Source: an uncultured bacterium (GTDB taxonomy: Bacteria; Myxococcota_A; UBA796; CAJQPC01). Taken from it: a DNA stretch of 35,894 bases. The notes under the pieces were generated by a model. The model saw only the letters and a list, made by a program, of their open reading frames with translations. It was not told the DNA's origin and ran no database searches. The stretch's first letter is position 1; every line of letters starts with the position of its first letter. The translations under genes and the position numbers were made by a program. Shown piece after piece: positions 27,841 to 35,894 of the stretch. Location of the stretch: contig CAWVYO010000003.1 of NCBI GenBank assembly GCA_963934385.1, positions 1-35,894 on the forward strand. The letters are read 5' to 3'.

Positions 27841-29613
27841 CTAGCGTCTTCTGACTCTGAAGGCGCACATGGTTAGACCAAATATAAACCACCTGCCAAC
27901 TGGCCATGGTAGGCGCCCAGTGTGTGCACTTGAGCACCCTGAGTCGCCACAGCCGGAGCCCTCTGTCTCGCCGCACCCTGATGACTCACCCCCGCAGCCT
28001 AGCGGATCATCGCTACTGCAGCCAAAGGCCAAGAGAAGATCGTCTGAGCTTGCGTCGCAGCCGAGAGCTCCGTCGCCAGAACAGCCAGGAGCCTCTATGG
28101 GAACTACTGACTCAGTGTCCAGTAGGATGTAGCCCCCTTGCCATTGTCCGTCTTCTGTCGGGATCCAGAACACTCCATCAATACCAGCCCCCATGAGTGT
28201 GGGTAGGGACATGGTTGGTAGAATATCTGTCGGGATTATATCTGTGGCTAAGACAGTGTCCACAAACCCAGATAGCCCAGCGGCGTAGCCCTGACTCAAC
28301 AGGTCACTCCAGCGCTCCGCTAATACAAACAGCTCATCGTCCATTATTAGCTCTGGCGCGAGCATTGTAGAGGTAATGCCAGGATCAAAACCGACTTCAC
28401 CACCCATCGAAGTCTGAAAAATCCGCGTACGCCTACCGTCGAGGTTGGCGTAAAGTTCAACAAACAGGTCCTCCACAAGAACCCCCATACTGGGCGCGTC
28501 ATCGTAAAACTCTACGAGAGGGGGCATTCCTGGTACCACCTCAACCTGTGCATCCTCCCTTAAGGGGAAGATAGAGTGGAACTCATCGTCTAGAAAGGTG
28601 CCGATTAAATCGGTGTTGACAGGTACTCCATTGAGGATCGACAGGTCAATACACAGCCCCCCAGCAGCCCAAACGTTCCACAGAAGATGATCCACGAAGT
28701 CACGGTTTATTAGTAGTCCAATATCGTAAGGTAGATTACTGCCGGGTGCAGTGTCACTTAGGACGGGCCAAGATCCACCGAGTGTGTCTGACCCCGCTCC
28801 AGGCTCAGCTACGCACGAGTCAATATTGTCAGGTGCGCTGATTCTGGCGCCAAGTCCGATTCCCATGCCACTCTCTGAGAATGTGAGAGCTGAGGGATAC
28901 AGATCTATGCCCAGTGTAGCCTCTCCGATGGAGAGATCTGTAGAGACATTCAAGGCTTCAAGGGCCTCTTCAATGACCGTATCAATGTCACTGCTTGCAT
29001 CCTCGAGGGCTGGTGCGACCAAAGAGTAGATCATGTCTGAGATAGCGTTTTCGTTCTGGTTCAAAAGTGTACCGATGGCATCAGAGAGTATGCAGTCGGA
29101 CAAAATGTTTCCTATGGGTGAGATCGTAAACTCTAGATCTCCAGAAACCACCTCAAAGGCATCGTCTACAATCTCCATTGAAACAGGTAGGTGCACTGTT
29201 ATCGCAGTAACAGGGAGCTCCACCCCGCAAGTCTCTTCCAGGTCTGTCAAAAAGGTGCAGTCGCCAGAGACGTCCAGAGTAGTTGCAGTTGACGACATGG
29301 TCATGTAAAACCAGAAGTCCAATATTCCGTTTGAGGTGTCGAGCTCTACCGACTGAGCGGTAAGGTATATCTCCATGTCACCTAGCGTATATGCTAGAGG
29401 TGACTGGTCGCTGGTGGAGCATAATTGCTCCCCTGAAATATCAGTCACGGGTATGCCGTTAGGCATTACCCCCTCTACTATATCTCCCAGGGTCATTAGA
29501 CCGTCTTTGGTTATGTGTACTCCTATCGCCTCGTCTAAATCCTGACCAGGCTCAAGAGTTCCAGCGAAAGACGGTAGAGCTAATATGGCTGCCGAGAAAA
29601 TAAGTGAGTTCAT
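27841..29613 (-). CDS. Secreted acidic protein with BPI/LBP-like signatures and MYXO-CTERM-like C-terminus
   Basis: Signal peptide MNSLIFSAAILALPSFA; IGVHITKDGL...IPVTDISG; DIGLLINRDFVDHLLWNVWAAGGL; Gly-Cys repeats, then a hydrophobic segment and RVRRR. Confidence 0.65.
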   Translation of the reverse strand: MNSLIFSAAILALPSFAGTLEPGQDLDEAIGVHITKDGLMTLGDIVEGVMPNGIPVTDISGEQLCSTSDQSPLAYTLGDMEIYLTAQSVELDTSNGILDFWFYMTMSSTATTLDVSGDCTFLTDLEETCGVELPVTAITVHLPVSMEIVDDAFEVVSGDLEFTISPIGNILSDCILSDAIGTLLNQNENAISDMIYSLVAPALEDASSDIDTVIEEALEALNVSTDLSIGEATLGIDLYPSALTFSESGMGIGLGARISAPDNIDSCVAEPGAGSDTLGGSWPVLSDTAPGSNLPYDIGLLINRDFVDHLLWNVWAAGGLCIDLSILNGVPVNTDLIGTFLDDEFHSIFPLREDAQVEVVPGMPPLVEFYDDAPSMGVLVEDLFVELYANLDGRRTRIFQTSMGGEVGFDPGITSTMLAPELIMDDELFVLAERWSDLLSQGYAAGLSGFVDTVLATDIIPTDILPTMSLPTLMGAGIDGVFWIPTEDGQWQGGYILLDTESVVPIEAPGCSGDGALGCDASSDDLLLAFGCSSDDPLGCGGESSGCGETEGSGCGDSGCSSAHTGRLPWPVGRWFIFGLTMCAFRVRRR

Positions 29614-29669
29614 GCGGACTATGATAGCAGGTAATTGCATTTGATGGAATTACGACGAGTCGCTTAGAC

Positions 29670-29709
29670 AAAAAAGAAAGAGCGGCGTGGATATCCACGC
29701 CGCTCTTTT
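29670..29709 (-). terminator. Rho-independent terminator downstream of the repeat lipoprotein gene (possibly bidirectional)
   Basis: 32-bp perfect palindrome AAAGAGCGGCGTGGAT|ATCCACGCCGCTCTTT (29677-29708), with a T-rich tract following on the minus strand. Confidence 0.8.
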
Positions 29710-29730
29710 AGATCTTAGCTAACCTTTTAA

Positions 29731-31731
29731 TTACGGAGTACAGTTCTCGTAAACAGTACTATCGTTATCGTCGCAGTCTGAGTATGACTCTGAGATAGTG
29801 GCTAAGTTACCAGTGTAATCAATGTAGTTAGTTAGGTCTCCACTCGCGACGGCGATTACAACAGTCCCGCTGTCGTCCGTGACCGTGAAGCCTACCTCTG
29901 AGTCCCATGAAGTTAGGTCATTCCAGTCAATGCTGACTGAAGATGCGTCTGTCACACAGACCTCAAAGGTTAGGAAGTCATAATCGTCTTCAGTCAGAAC
30001 AGTGAAGCTGTCTTCAAGGACACCATCAACAGTGAAGTCTAACGTTGAGTCATTCCAACCATCGCCGTAGCTGTCATTAATGATTACTTCATAGCAGTCA
30101 TCGAAGGTAACAAATGTCTCGCATGTAGCGATACCGTCGCCGTCAACATCATCCAGATTCAGTGTTGAATCTGAGTCGTCACAGTCGTTGTCACATGTAG
30201 TCCAATAATCGCCGTCAGCATCATCCAGATTCAGTGTTGCGTCGTCATCGTCACAGTCACCGTCACATGTTGACCACAGATCGCCGTCAACATCGTCTAA
30301 GTTTAGTGTTGCGTCGTCATCGTCACAGTCGTCGGCTGTAAGTGTACCGTCGCAGTCAGCGTCATTTGACTTATCGCCGACCGAAGTGTCGGTGTCATCG
30401 CAGTCGTCTTCGGTGATTACAGAGTCACAATCAGCGTCTTCGTCTGAGAAGGTTGATGCCGCATCTGAGTCATCACAATCGTAAACACCTTCTGCTGAAT
30501 AGAGTAGTTGGCTGTTTTCGCTTGATGTTTCCCAAGTATCGTAAATCAGGGAGTACAGTACATTGCTACTTGAGTCAGTTATTAAAATACCGATCTCATT
30601 GTCCCACATGTCGACATCGACAAAGTACATCTCTAATGTAATCGCGGATGTTGAACAGTACTCAATAGTCTCAACAACAGAGTTACCCATGTTGGTAGCC
30701 TGTGTAGCCTCAACACCGTCAACAACTATACTGATGTGTGAACCAGACCAGCTATCACCGTAAGAGTCTGTCATCTCGATTGTGTAGCATTCACTGATCG
30801 TGTCTCCACAAGAACTTAGACCGTCCGCGTCGTAGTCCTCTGGTGTGAGGGTCGCGTCACCGTCGTCGCAGTCACCGTCACATGTCGAGTAGCCATCTGA
30901 ATCGCTATCTAGTGAGGTTAAGGCTGGGTTTTCGTCGTCGCAGTCGTCAGCGGTGAGGTCGCCATCGCAGTCGGCGTCATCAGCTCTAACAGTGCTGAGT
31001 GGGTCGTAGTCATCACAGTCATCTCCGGTGGTGACTGTGTCACAGTCGGCGTCGTTGCCTGTGTTTGTGCTAGACGAGTCGTTGTCATCGCAGTCCCCGT
31101 CGCAGGAGCTAAGACCATCCATGTCAATATCAAAATAGTTCAATGTGGCGTCGTTGTCGTCACAGTCTTCTTCTGTGATGCTACCATCACAGTCCGCGTC
31201 AATGGTGACGTCTGTACTAGTAGCATCGTCGTCGTCGCAGTCCCCATCGCAAGAGCTAAGGCCATCATTGTCGAGGTCAGAGTAGTTTAGCCACGCATCG
31301 TTATCGTCACAGTCATCAGCAGTGAGGTCTCCGTCACAGTCCGCATCTGTCGCGAGGGTTGTACTCATTTCGTCGTTGTCGTCACAGTCATCAGCAGTGA
31401 GGTTTCCATCACAGTCGGCGTCTTCAGCGAGGGTTGTACTCATCTCGTCGTTATCGTCGCAGTCCTCATCAGTTAGAACGCCGTCACAGTCGGCGTCTAT
31501 CGATGTGTTGGTGCTTGCCGCGTCGTTGTCGTCGCAGTCACCTTCGTTTTCGGTGAGTCCGTCTTCGTCGTTATCTACGTCTAGTGGGTCAGTCCCTGTA
31601 TCTGTAGTTGTAATTGCGGTGTCAGTTGTTGCCGTATCCGTTGTGGCTGTGTCATCTTCTATGGCTTTGCCGCAACCAGTTGATAATACTGCCAGCGCGA
31701 AGAATGCGACAGCTTTAGTTGATAGTGTCAT
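29731..31731 (-). CDS. Lipoprotein with many DCDD Asp/Cys repeats and two DSYGDxW-type globular domains
   Basis: ATG at 31731 after AAAGGGG; lipobox LSTGC; DTATT linker; 24-25-aa repeats (DADCDGxLTADDCDD, DxDGxSxCDGDCDD); DSYGDSW and DSYGDGW domains. Confidence 0.82.
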   Translation of the reverse strand: MTLSTKAVAFFALAVLSTGCGKAIEDDTATTDTATTDTAITTTDTGTDPLDVDNDEDGLTENEGDCDDNDAASTNTSIDADCDGVLTDEDCDDNDEMSTTLAEDADCDGNLTADDCDDNDEMSTTLATDADCDGDLTADDCDDNDAWLNYSDLDNDGLSSCDGDCDDDDATSTDVTIDADCDGSITEEDCDDNDATLNYFDIDMDGLSSCDGDCDDNDSSSTNTGNDADCDTVTTGDDCDDYDPLSTVRADDADCDGDLTADDCDDENPALTSLDSDSDGYSTCDGDCDDGDATLTPEDYDADGLSSCGDTISECYTIEMTDSYGDSWSGSHISIVVDGVEATQATNMGNSVVETIEYCSTSAITLEMYFVDVDMWDNEIGILITDSSSNVLYSLIYDTWETSSENSQLLYSAEGVYDCDDSDAASTFSDEDADCDSVITEDDCDDTDTSVGDKSNDADCDGTLTADDCDDDDATLNLDDVDGDLWSTCDGDCDDDDATLNLDDADGDYWTTCDNDCDDSDSTLNLDDVDGDGIATCETFVTFDDCYEVIINDSYGDGWNDSTLDFTVDGVLEDSFTVLTEDDYDFLTFEVCVTDASSVSIDWNDLTSWDSEVGFTVTDDSGTVVIAVASGDLTNYIDYTGNLATISESYSDCDDNDSTVYENCTP

Positions 31732-31830
31732 TGTGTGCCCCTTTGGAAAATAGAGTTTAAAACTAGATTTTCGGCGATGTAGCTCGTGCGGTAGCACTTC
31801 GCAACTTTTTGACATGATAAATTTTTGACA

Positions 31831-33585
31831 TTAGAAAATTCTTATTAGTTCTGCCCACCTCCCTGTGTCGTCTTCTAGGTGGTCGACTATCTCTAAATTA
31901 ACACCGACTGCCCCAGCCGCGTGCTGTAAGGCGTGCATATTTGGTTTTAGATTGTAGATCATGGGTGCGCTGGGTCTGACTGTTAGATAGTGTCCGCCAC
32001 GAGCCGATCTTAGTAGATCTTGAAGCGCTGCTCTGGAACAGTCGTGACCTTGAATGTTGCAGACCTTAACCGAGATTCCACCTTCTCTATGGGTGCCCCT
32101 TCTGTGAGAGATGTCCCCCCAGGCGTTGTTGATTTCTACTGACGGTAACAACATGTCAAGAGCGCCGTATAGATCGTAGTCACTAGCCCAGAGCCTCTCT
32201 ACACCATTTCTCTCTACAAGCTCCACAAGGTCGGACTGTCCACTAGCGGTGAAGGTGTGTATGGGTGAGGTGGAAATAGTTCTGTCGGTAACTCTGAGAG
32301 AGGCGACTCCTGAATGTAGCCACGGGTAAATAAGCAAGAGAGCGAGGAGCGCTCGCCTGGGGGATCTTGGAGCAGTGAACATCGCCGCACACCTCTCTAT
32401 TGAGAGTGCAAGCAAAATGGCAACATGAGGGACTAGCTGCGCTAGGTGATGAAGATCTCTGTTGGACAGGTATAAGGCACATATCTCAAGAGGAACTGCC
32501 AATGACATAAACCTTAGCAGCGCACCACTTTTCATTGAGCCCCTGTCCCCCCAGGCTGCGAAACATCCAACGATGATTAGTAGCCACCCAAAACCTCGTC
32601 CTAATGGCAAGAAGTTGGGTACCTCGGCGCTGTAAGCCGGTCCGAACCATTGAATCGGGTCGAGAGCGAACCACAACAGATTTTCAGCACCCTCCCTGGG
32701 CGCGGTGGTGAGCCCTCCAAATGCCCGGTTTATCTGTAGATCTAGGAAGTCGTGAGAGATAACCACATGTTCAGGGGCAAAGAACTCGTGATGAATGAAG
32801 GCAATGGTTAAGGGAGAGGTGATTAGAGTCACAATGCCAAATATGCGCAAAAGGCGTAGTTTAGGTGGCGGTTTTAGTGGTTGGTGGTCCCAACGAGTGA
32901 GTACAGCTGCCAGGCAGAGGGCGGCGATGACTGGAGCGAAAGTTATCTTCGCCATGAGCCCTAATCCAACAGCGACAGCGACAGCGGTGGCACCGTGTTT
33001 ACCCCCAGAGTGTCGTCTGCTCCAGAGGGCCCAGACAAATAGTACTCCAGCAGCCTGAAGGAGTATTTCAGTTCCGCCAAGGACCTTCTTGTAATAGATA
33101 AATGACCAGCTTGTGGCGAGAGCTAGTCCGGCTAACCCAGCTGAGAGTTTCGAAGCGTGGAAAGTTAAGAATCTAGTGGTCAACAGGAGTAGTAGTCCCC
33201 CCAATAAAATGTGGAGCCCAGTCACAGCCGTTAGGCTACCAGTAAGCCAGTAGACTACCCTGGCAGGCCAGTCGGGAGGACCGCCGGTGTATTGGTTTAC
33301 CGCTAACGGAATAGAGATATCGCCAATATTGAGGCTCTCTAGTGGGCGGGTCTCAGAGGCCACAAGGGGGCCAATCGTGTGGTTAGGAGATACGACGGGT
33401 ATACTTTGGTCATAGTCGACTGTTACAGCAGCTCCGTCGGGAAGCCCCCATCCCCCGGTCACTTCACCAACAATACCTACGTTGTTCGCCGAATATATCG
33501 ATACGATGAGAAAAATAGCGAGGGCAGTAAAAATCTCGAAGTTGTTGTATATTAATTTTTTCACCCACTCGCTGTAACCTATCAC
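31831..33585 (-). CDS. Polytopic membrane protein, probable GT-C fold (ArnT/PMT-like) glycosyltransferase
   Basis: About 10-12 TM segments with ArnT/PMT-like pattern (Y.GG..DW, GGTEILL, LGLMAKITF) and a C-terminal soluble domain. Start uncertain (GTG 33585 or 33564). Confidence 0.6.
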   Translation of the reverse strand: MIGYSEWVKKLIYNNFEIFTALAIFLIVSIYSANNVGIVGEVTGGWGLPDGAAVTVDYDQSIPVVSPNHTIGPLVASETRPLESLNIGDISIPLAVNQYTGGPPDWPARVVYWLTGSLTAVTGLHILLGGLLLLLTTRFLTFHASKLSAGLAGLALATSWSFIYYKKVLGGTEILLQAAGVLFVWALWSRRHSGGKHGATAVAVAVGLGLMAKITFAPVIAALCLAAVLTRWDHQPLKPPPKLRLLRIFGIVTLITSPLTIAFIHHEFFAPEHVVISHDFLDLQINRAFGGLTTAPREGAENLLWFALDPIQWFGPAYSAEVPNFLPLGRGFGWLLIIVGCFAAWGDRGSMKSGALLRFMSLAVPLEICALYLSNRDLHHLAQLVPHVAILLALSIERCAAMFTAPRSPRRALLALLLIYPWLHSGVASLRVTDRTISTSPIHTFTASGQSDLVELVERNGVERLWASDYDLYGALDMLLPSVEINNAWGDISHRRGTHREGGISVKVCNIQGHDCSRAALQDLLRSARGGHYLTVRPSAPMIYNLKPNMHALQHAAGAVGVNLEIVDHLEDDTGRWAELIRIF

Positions 33586-33725
33586 TCCACGAGGTTGTCA
33601 GATTCAATCAGTAAATGAACAAAAGCGACCGTAAGGGCTGTCATATGGTTGCAATGTCTAGTCTGCTGTGGTATTCGGCAGACGCTGCCAATTTAGGTGG
33701 CTTGCGAAATATATGGAGACGCAAA

Positions 33726-33896
33726 ATGAAAAACTTAATTTTCGGACTAGTAGTAGCAGCGGCAGTAGTTGGTTGTGGAAAAGAAGATGTTGTTGATGAC
33801 ACATCTACAATGACTGATGATACTTCAGTAATGACTGATGATACTTCAGTAATGACTGAAGATACTGCAATGGGTACTGACGAAGACGCAGAGTAG
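33726..33896 (+). CDS. Small (56 aa) acidic lipoprotein with MTDDTSV heptad repeats
   Basis: GGAG RBS at 33715-33718, MKNLIFGLVVAAAVVGC lipobox, and a strong terminator downstream. Confidence 0.8.
   Translation: MKNLIFGLVVAAAVVGCGKEDVVDDTSTMTDDTSVMTDDTSVMTEDTAMGTDEDAE
33810..33869. repeat. 21-bp coding tandem repeat
   Basis: atgactgatgatacttcagta exact at 33810-33830 and 33831-33851, with degenerate copies on each side. Confidence 0.9.
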
Positions 33897-33946
33897 TTCT
33901 TTCGACTCTCACGTTGCTTTATGCTGTCGTGAGAATCAAAGATATT

Positions 33947-33989
33947 GAGGGCGCTCAGGCAATAGCTTGACCGCCCTCTTTCTTTTTTT
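33947..33989 (+). terminator. Rho-independent terminator
   Basis: GAGGGCG-c-TCAGGC [aata] GCTTGA-c-CGCCCTC followed by TTTCTTTTTTT. Confidence 0.85.
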
Positions 33990-34026
33990 GTGATACTTGA
34001 TAGTGTAGCGCTCTAAAGGGATCACC

Positions 34027-35460
34027 TTGCTTCAAGTAATAAGAAACATATTCTCACCGACTGGCCGAAATCGCATAAATGCAGTCGCTGTAGTATTGCT
34101 CTTTCAGGTTGCCATGGCTGGGTTGATGATTTTTGATTGGCGTTTACCGGCGGCATTAGTATTCGGCGTTATCACATTGTTAGTCTCGTTGCGTCAGCCT
34201 TTGATAGCTGTGAGCCTTTTGGTTGTGGGAAGGATTCTCTCTACTGGCTCGTTCTCTTGGTTGAGAATCGGAAGCATGAATATAGGGGTGTTTGAGCCTG
34301 TACTTGCTCTCTCCCTTTTGGTGCTGGTCTACCATGTAATGGTTAGGAAGATCTCGGTTGACGTGGACTTTCCATGGCGAATTCCTCTGGTGGTGTTCGC
34401 CGTGTGGCAGTTCATAGGACTATTCTGGGCATATCAGGCTAGCACTGGGATTCAGGAAGTGGTGGCAGTCGCAATTATCTTGACCACCGCTACTCTTCTC
34501 ATCATTTTTGTCGACACAAAAGAGCGCTTTGTGCAGCTGATGATTGTCTGGGTGGCTGCAAGCGTATTGGTCGGCGTCTTATCCATGGCTACAAATTTCA
34601 CTGAAGTGTCATCGACTGGACAGACATGGGAGATTGCAGAGCAGGGAGGTCGCGAGACCGGTTTAGGTCAGCAGCCAAACTGGTTTGCCATGAATCTAAT
34701 GTTTGGTGTTCTTACCTCTTTCGCTTTGGCTGTCTACAGTCGCCGCCGGTTGTATAGGGTGGGGTTTGTCATCGCTGGTCTGATCGTTTTCTATACTCAG
34801 CTGCGTTCAGGGTCTCGTGGCGGAATGTATTCAATAGTTATCGGGTGCGGTGCTATGGGGTTGGGTAACGCGATTTTTCGAAAATGGATCGTGCGATTTT
34901 TGGCCTTTGTGGCCATATTATTCGCGGTGCAGATTACTTTTGGCGACGAGTCGACTCGCAAAGCGTTCATGAGAATCTGGATGAACCTAGATACACTCTG
35001 GGGCTCAGATGTACGTGGGCGGAACTGGCTAGCATGTGTTCACATGTTCCAAGATACTTGGGGGCGCGGTATAGGAGCGGGAGGATATGCTACGTTAATT
35101 GCGGACTATGACTGGAAGATATACTCCTCAATTCACAGGTATCCCCATGGCATTTTGTGGGGCTTGCTTGCCCATTACGGTGTGATTGGAGTGTTCTTGT
35201 TTGGGGTGATTGTGGTGAGGGTTAAACGAATGGCCTCAGAGACCGTCGCTATGGCAAAGGGCACCCGCCTTGAGGGACTGGCGTGGTCTATGCCCGCGAC
35301 AATGCTCGGTTACTTTATCTGGTCGTTCATTGAGTTCAATTTCGACGACAAGCCATTCTGGGAATTTTTAGCTCTATACACGGCGCTCTATTTGATATTG
35401 AAGAGAGATCAGGAGGACTCGGACCTTGTTGTGTCCGGCGAAGCAGAGGTTGCATCGTGA
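34027..35460 (+). CDS. O-antigen ligase / Wzy_C-family membrane protein
   Basis: About 12 TM segments with GLGQQPNWFA, SGSRGG, RGRNW, GIGAGGY and YPHGILWGLLAHYGVIG (conserved Arg/His of the WaaL-like family). TTG start. Confidence 0.82.
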   Translation: MLQVIRNIFSPTGRNRINAVAVVLLFQVAMAGLMIFDWRLPAALVFGVITLLVSLRQPLIAVSLLVVGRILSTGSFSWLRIGSMNIGVFEPVLALSLLVLVYHVMVRKISVDVDFPWRIPLVVFAVWQFIGLFWAYQASTGIQEVVAVAIILTTATLLIIFVDTKERFVQLMIVWVAASVLVGVLSMATNFTEVSSTGQTWEIAEQGGRETGLGQQPNWFAMNLMFGVLTSFALAVYSRRRLYRVGFVIAGLIVFYTQLRSGSRGGMYSIVIGCGAMGLGNAIFRKWIVRFLAFVAILFAVQITFGDESTRKAFMRIWMNLDTLWGSDVRGRNWLACVHMFQDTWGRGIGAGGYATLIADYDWKIYSSIHRYPHGILWGLLAHYGVIGVFLFGVIVVRVKRMASETVAMAKGTRLEGLAWSMPATMLGYFIWSFIEFNFDDKPFWEFLALYTALYLILKRDQEDSDLVVSGEAEVAS

Positions 35461-35894
35461 TCGATTCAGTTTTGTGGGTGTCGGTGGTGATTTTGGCTCT
35501 TTTTGCAGCTAAACTTACCATCCCCAAGCCACCAACTTTGGATTGGGGGCGGTTTTTCTCAGTAGCGTTAGCGACCCTTGTTCGAGGTTCTCTAGAAAAA
35601 AACAAAGGTGAATTTTCTGATTGGGTGACTAGGATGAGTGCTCTACTCGGGGTGGATGAGACATCTGAGTTGTTTGATGACCCCGCGCAACTCGGCGATG
35701 AGTACGATGTTGAGCATGCACTTGGGAGACCGTGTAGTTGGGAAAAGGTGGCAGCTTGGAGCGACGAAGTTAGCGCTTCTATGACCGTCAAAGCCGATGA
35801 AATGTCTTGGATCTACGTTGGTGACCCCAATATTCTATTAGATGTTGAGTTCACCGTACCTTCGCTGCAGATAATCCATAAGGATGGAGACGTA
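35457..35894 (+). CDS. Hypothetical protein, 3'-truncated, N-terminal membrane anchor
   Basis: GTG overlapping the upstream TGA (GTGA). The frame is open to the window end: MIDSVLWVSVVILALFAAKLTIPKPPTLDWGRFF... Not in the ORF track because it has no stop. Confidence 0.7.
   Translation, partial: MIDSVLWVSVVILALFAAKLTIPKPPTLDWGRFFSVALATLVRGSLEKNKGEFSDWVTRMSALLGVDETSELFDDPAQLGDEYDVEHALGRPCSWEKVAAWSDEVSASMTVKADEMSWIYVGDPNILLDVEFTVPSLQIIHKDGDV

Noticed and set aside
27831-27846. 16-bp perfect palindrome CGCTAGTTAACTAGCG at convergent gene ends
   Set aside because: Largely explained by both genes ending CGC-TAG around a 4-bp gap, and no U-tract is present.
35336-35791. 151-aa minus-strand ORF
   Set aside because: It is antisense to the ligase 3' end and to a GTGA-coupled plus-strand ORF that is the better gene call.
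1-35894. TAG recoding (pyrrolysine or an alternative genetic code)
   Set aside because: The TAG codons fall at the expected C-termini of complete proteins and no conserved gene is interrupted.

Overview
A gene-dense bacterial chromosomal window of roughly balanced GC content. It holds 26 protein-coding regions (two truncated at the edges). I saw no rRNA, tRNA, CRISPR array or mobile element. MYXO-CTERM-like C-terminal sorting signals and several large acidic Asp/Cys-repeat surface proteins point to a Myxococcota/deltaproteobacterial-type lineage (inference). Housekeeping genes: TlpA-like redoxin, class I FBP aldolase, POT peptide transporter, class II DAHP synthase, SDR, M14 deacylase, RlmI-like methyltransferase, GluRS and a NUDIX hydrolase. 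Envelope genes: alkaline-phosphatase-superfamily enzyme, GT4, M23 peptidase, a GT-C-like membrane protein and an O-antigen-ligase-like protein. Four observations stand out. (1) Two tandem paralogous 7TM sensor kinases have complementary defects: one has the phospho-His and a receiver but eroded ATP-binding glycine boxes, the other has intact ATP-binding boxes but Arg at the His position, suggesting an obligate heterodimeric 'split' kinase. (2) The glutamyl-tRNA synthetase carries a ~55-aa XRE/Cro-like helix-turn-helix insertion right after its KMSKR motif, with a perfect inverted repeat 40 bp upstream of the gene. (3) A secreted, surface-sorted protein has BPI/LBP-like sequence signatures. (4) Asp-Thr-rich lipoproteins sit beside two possible glycan-transfer enzymes. 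All family assignments come from motif recognition by eye, not database searches.
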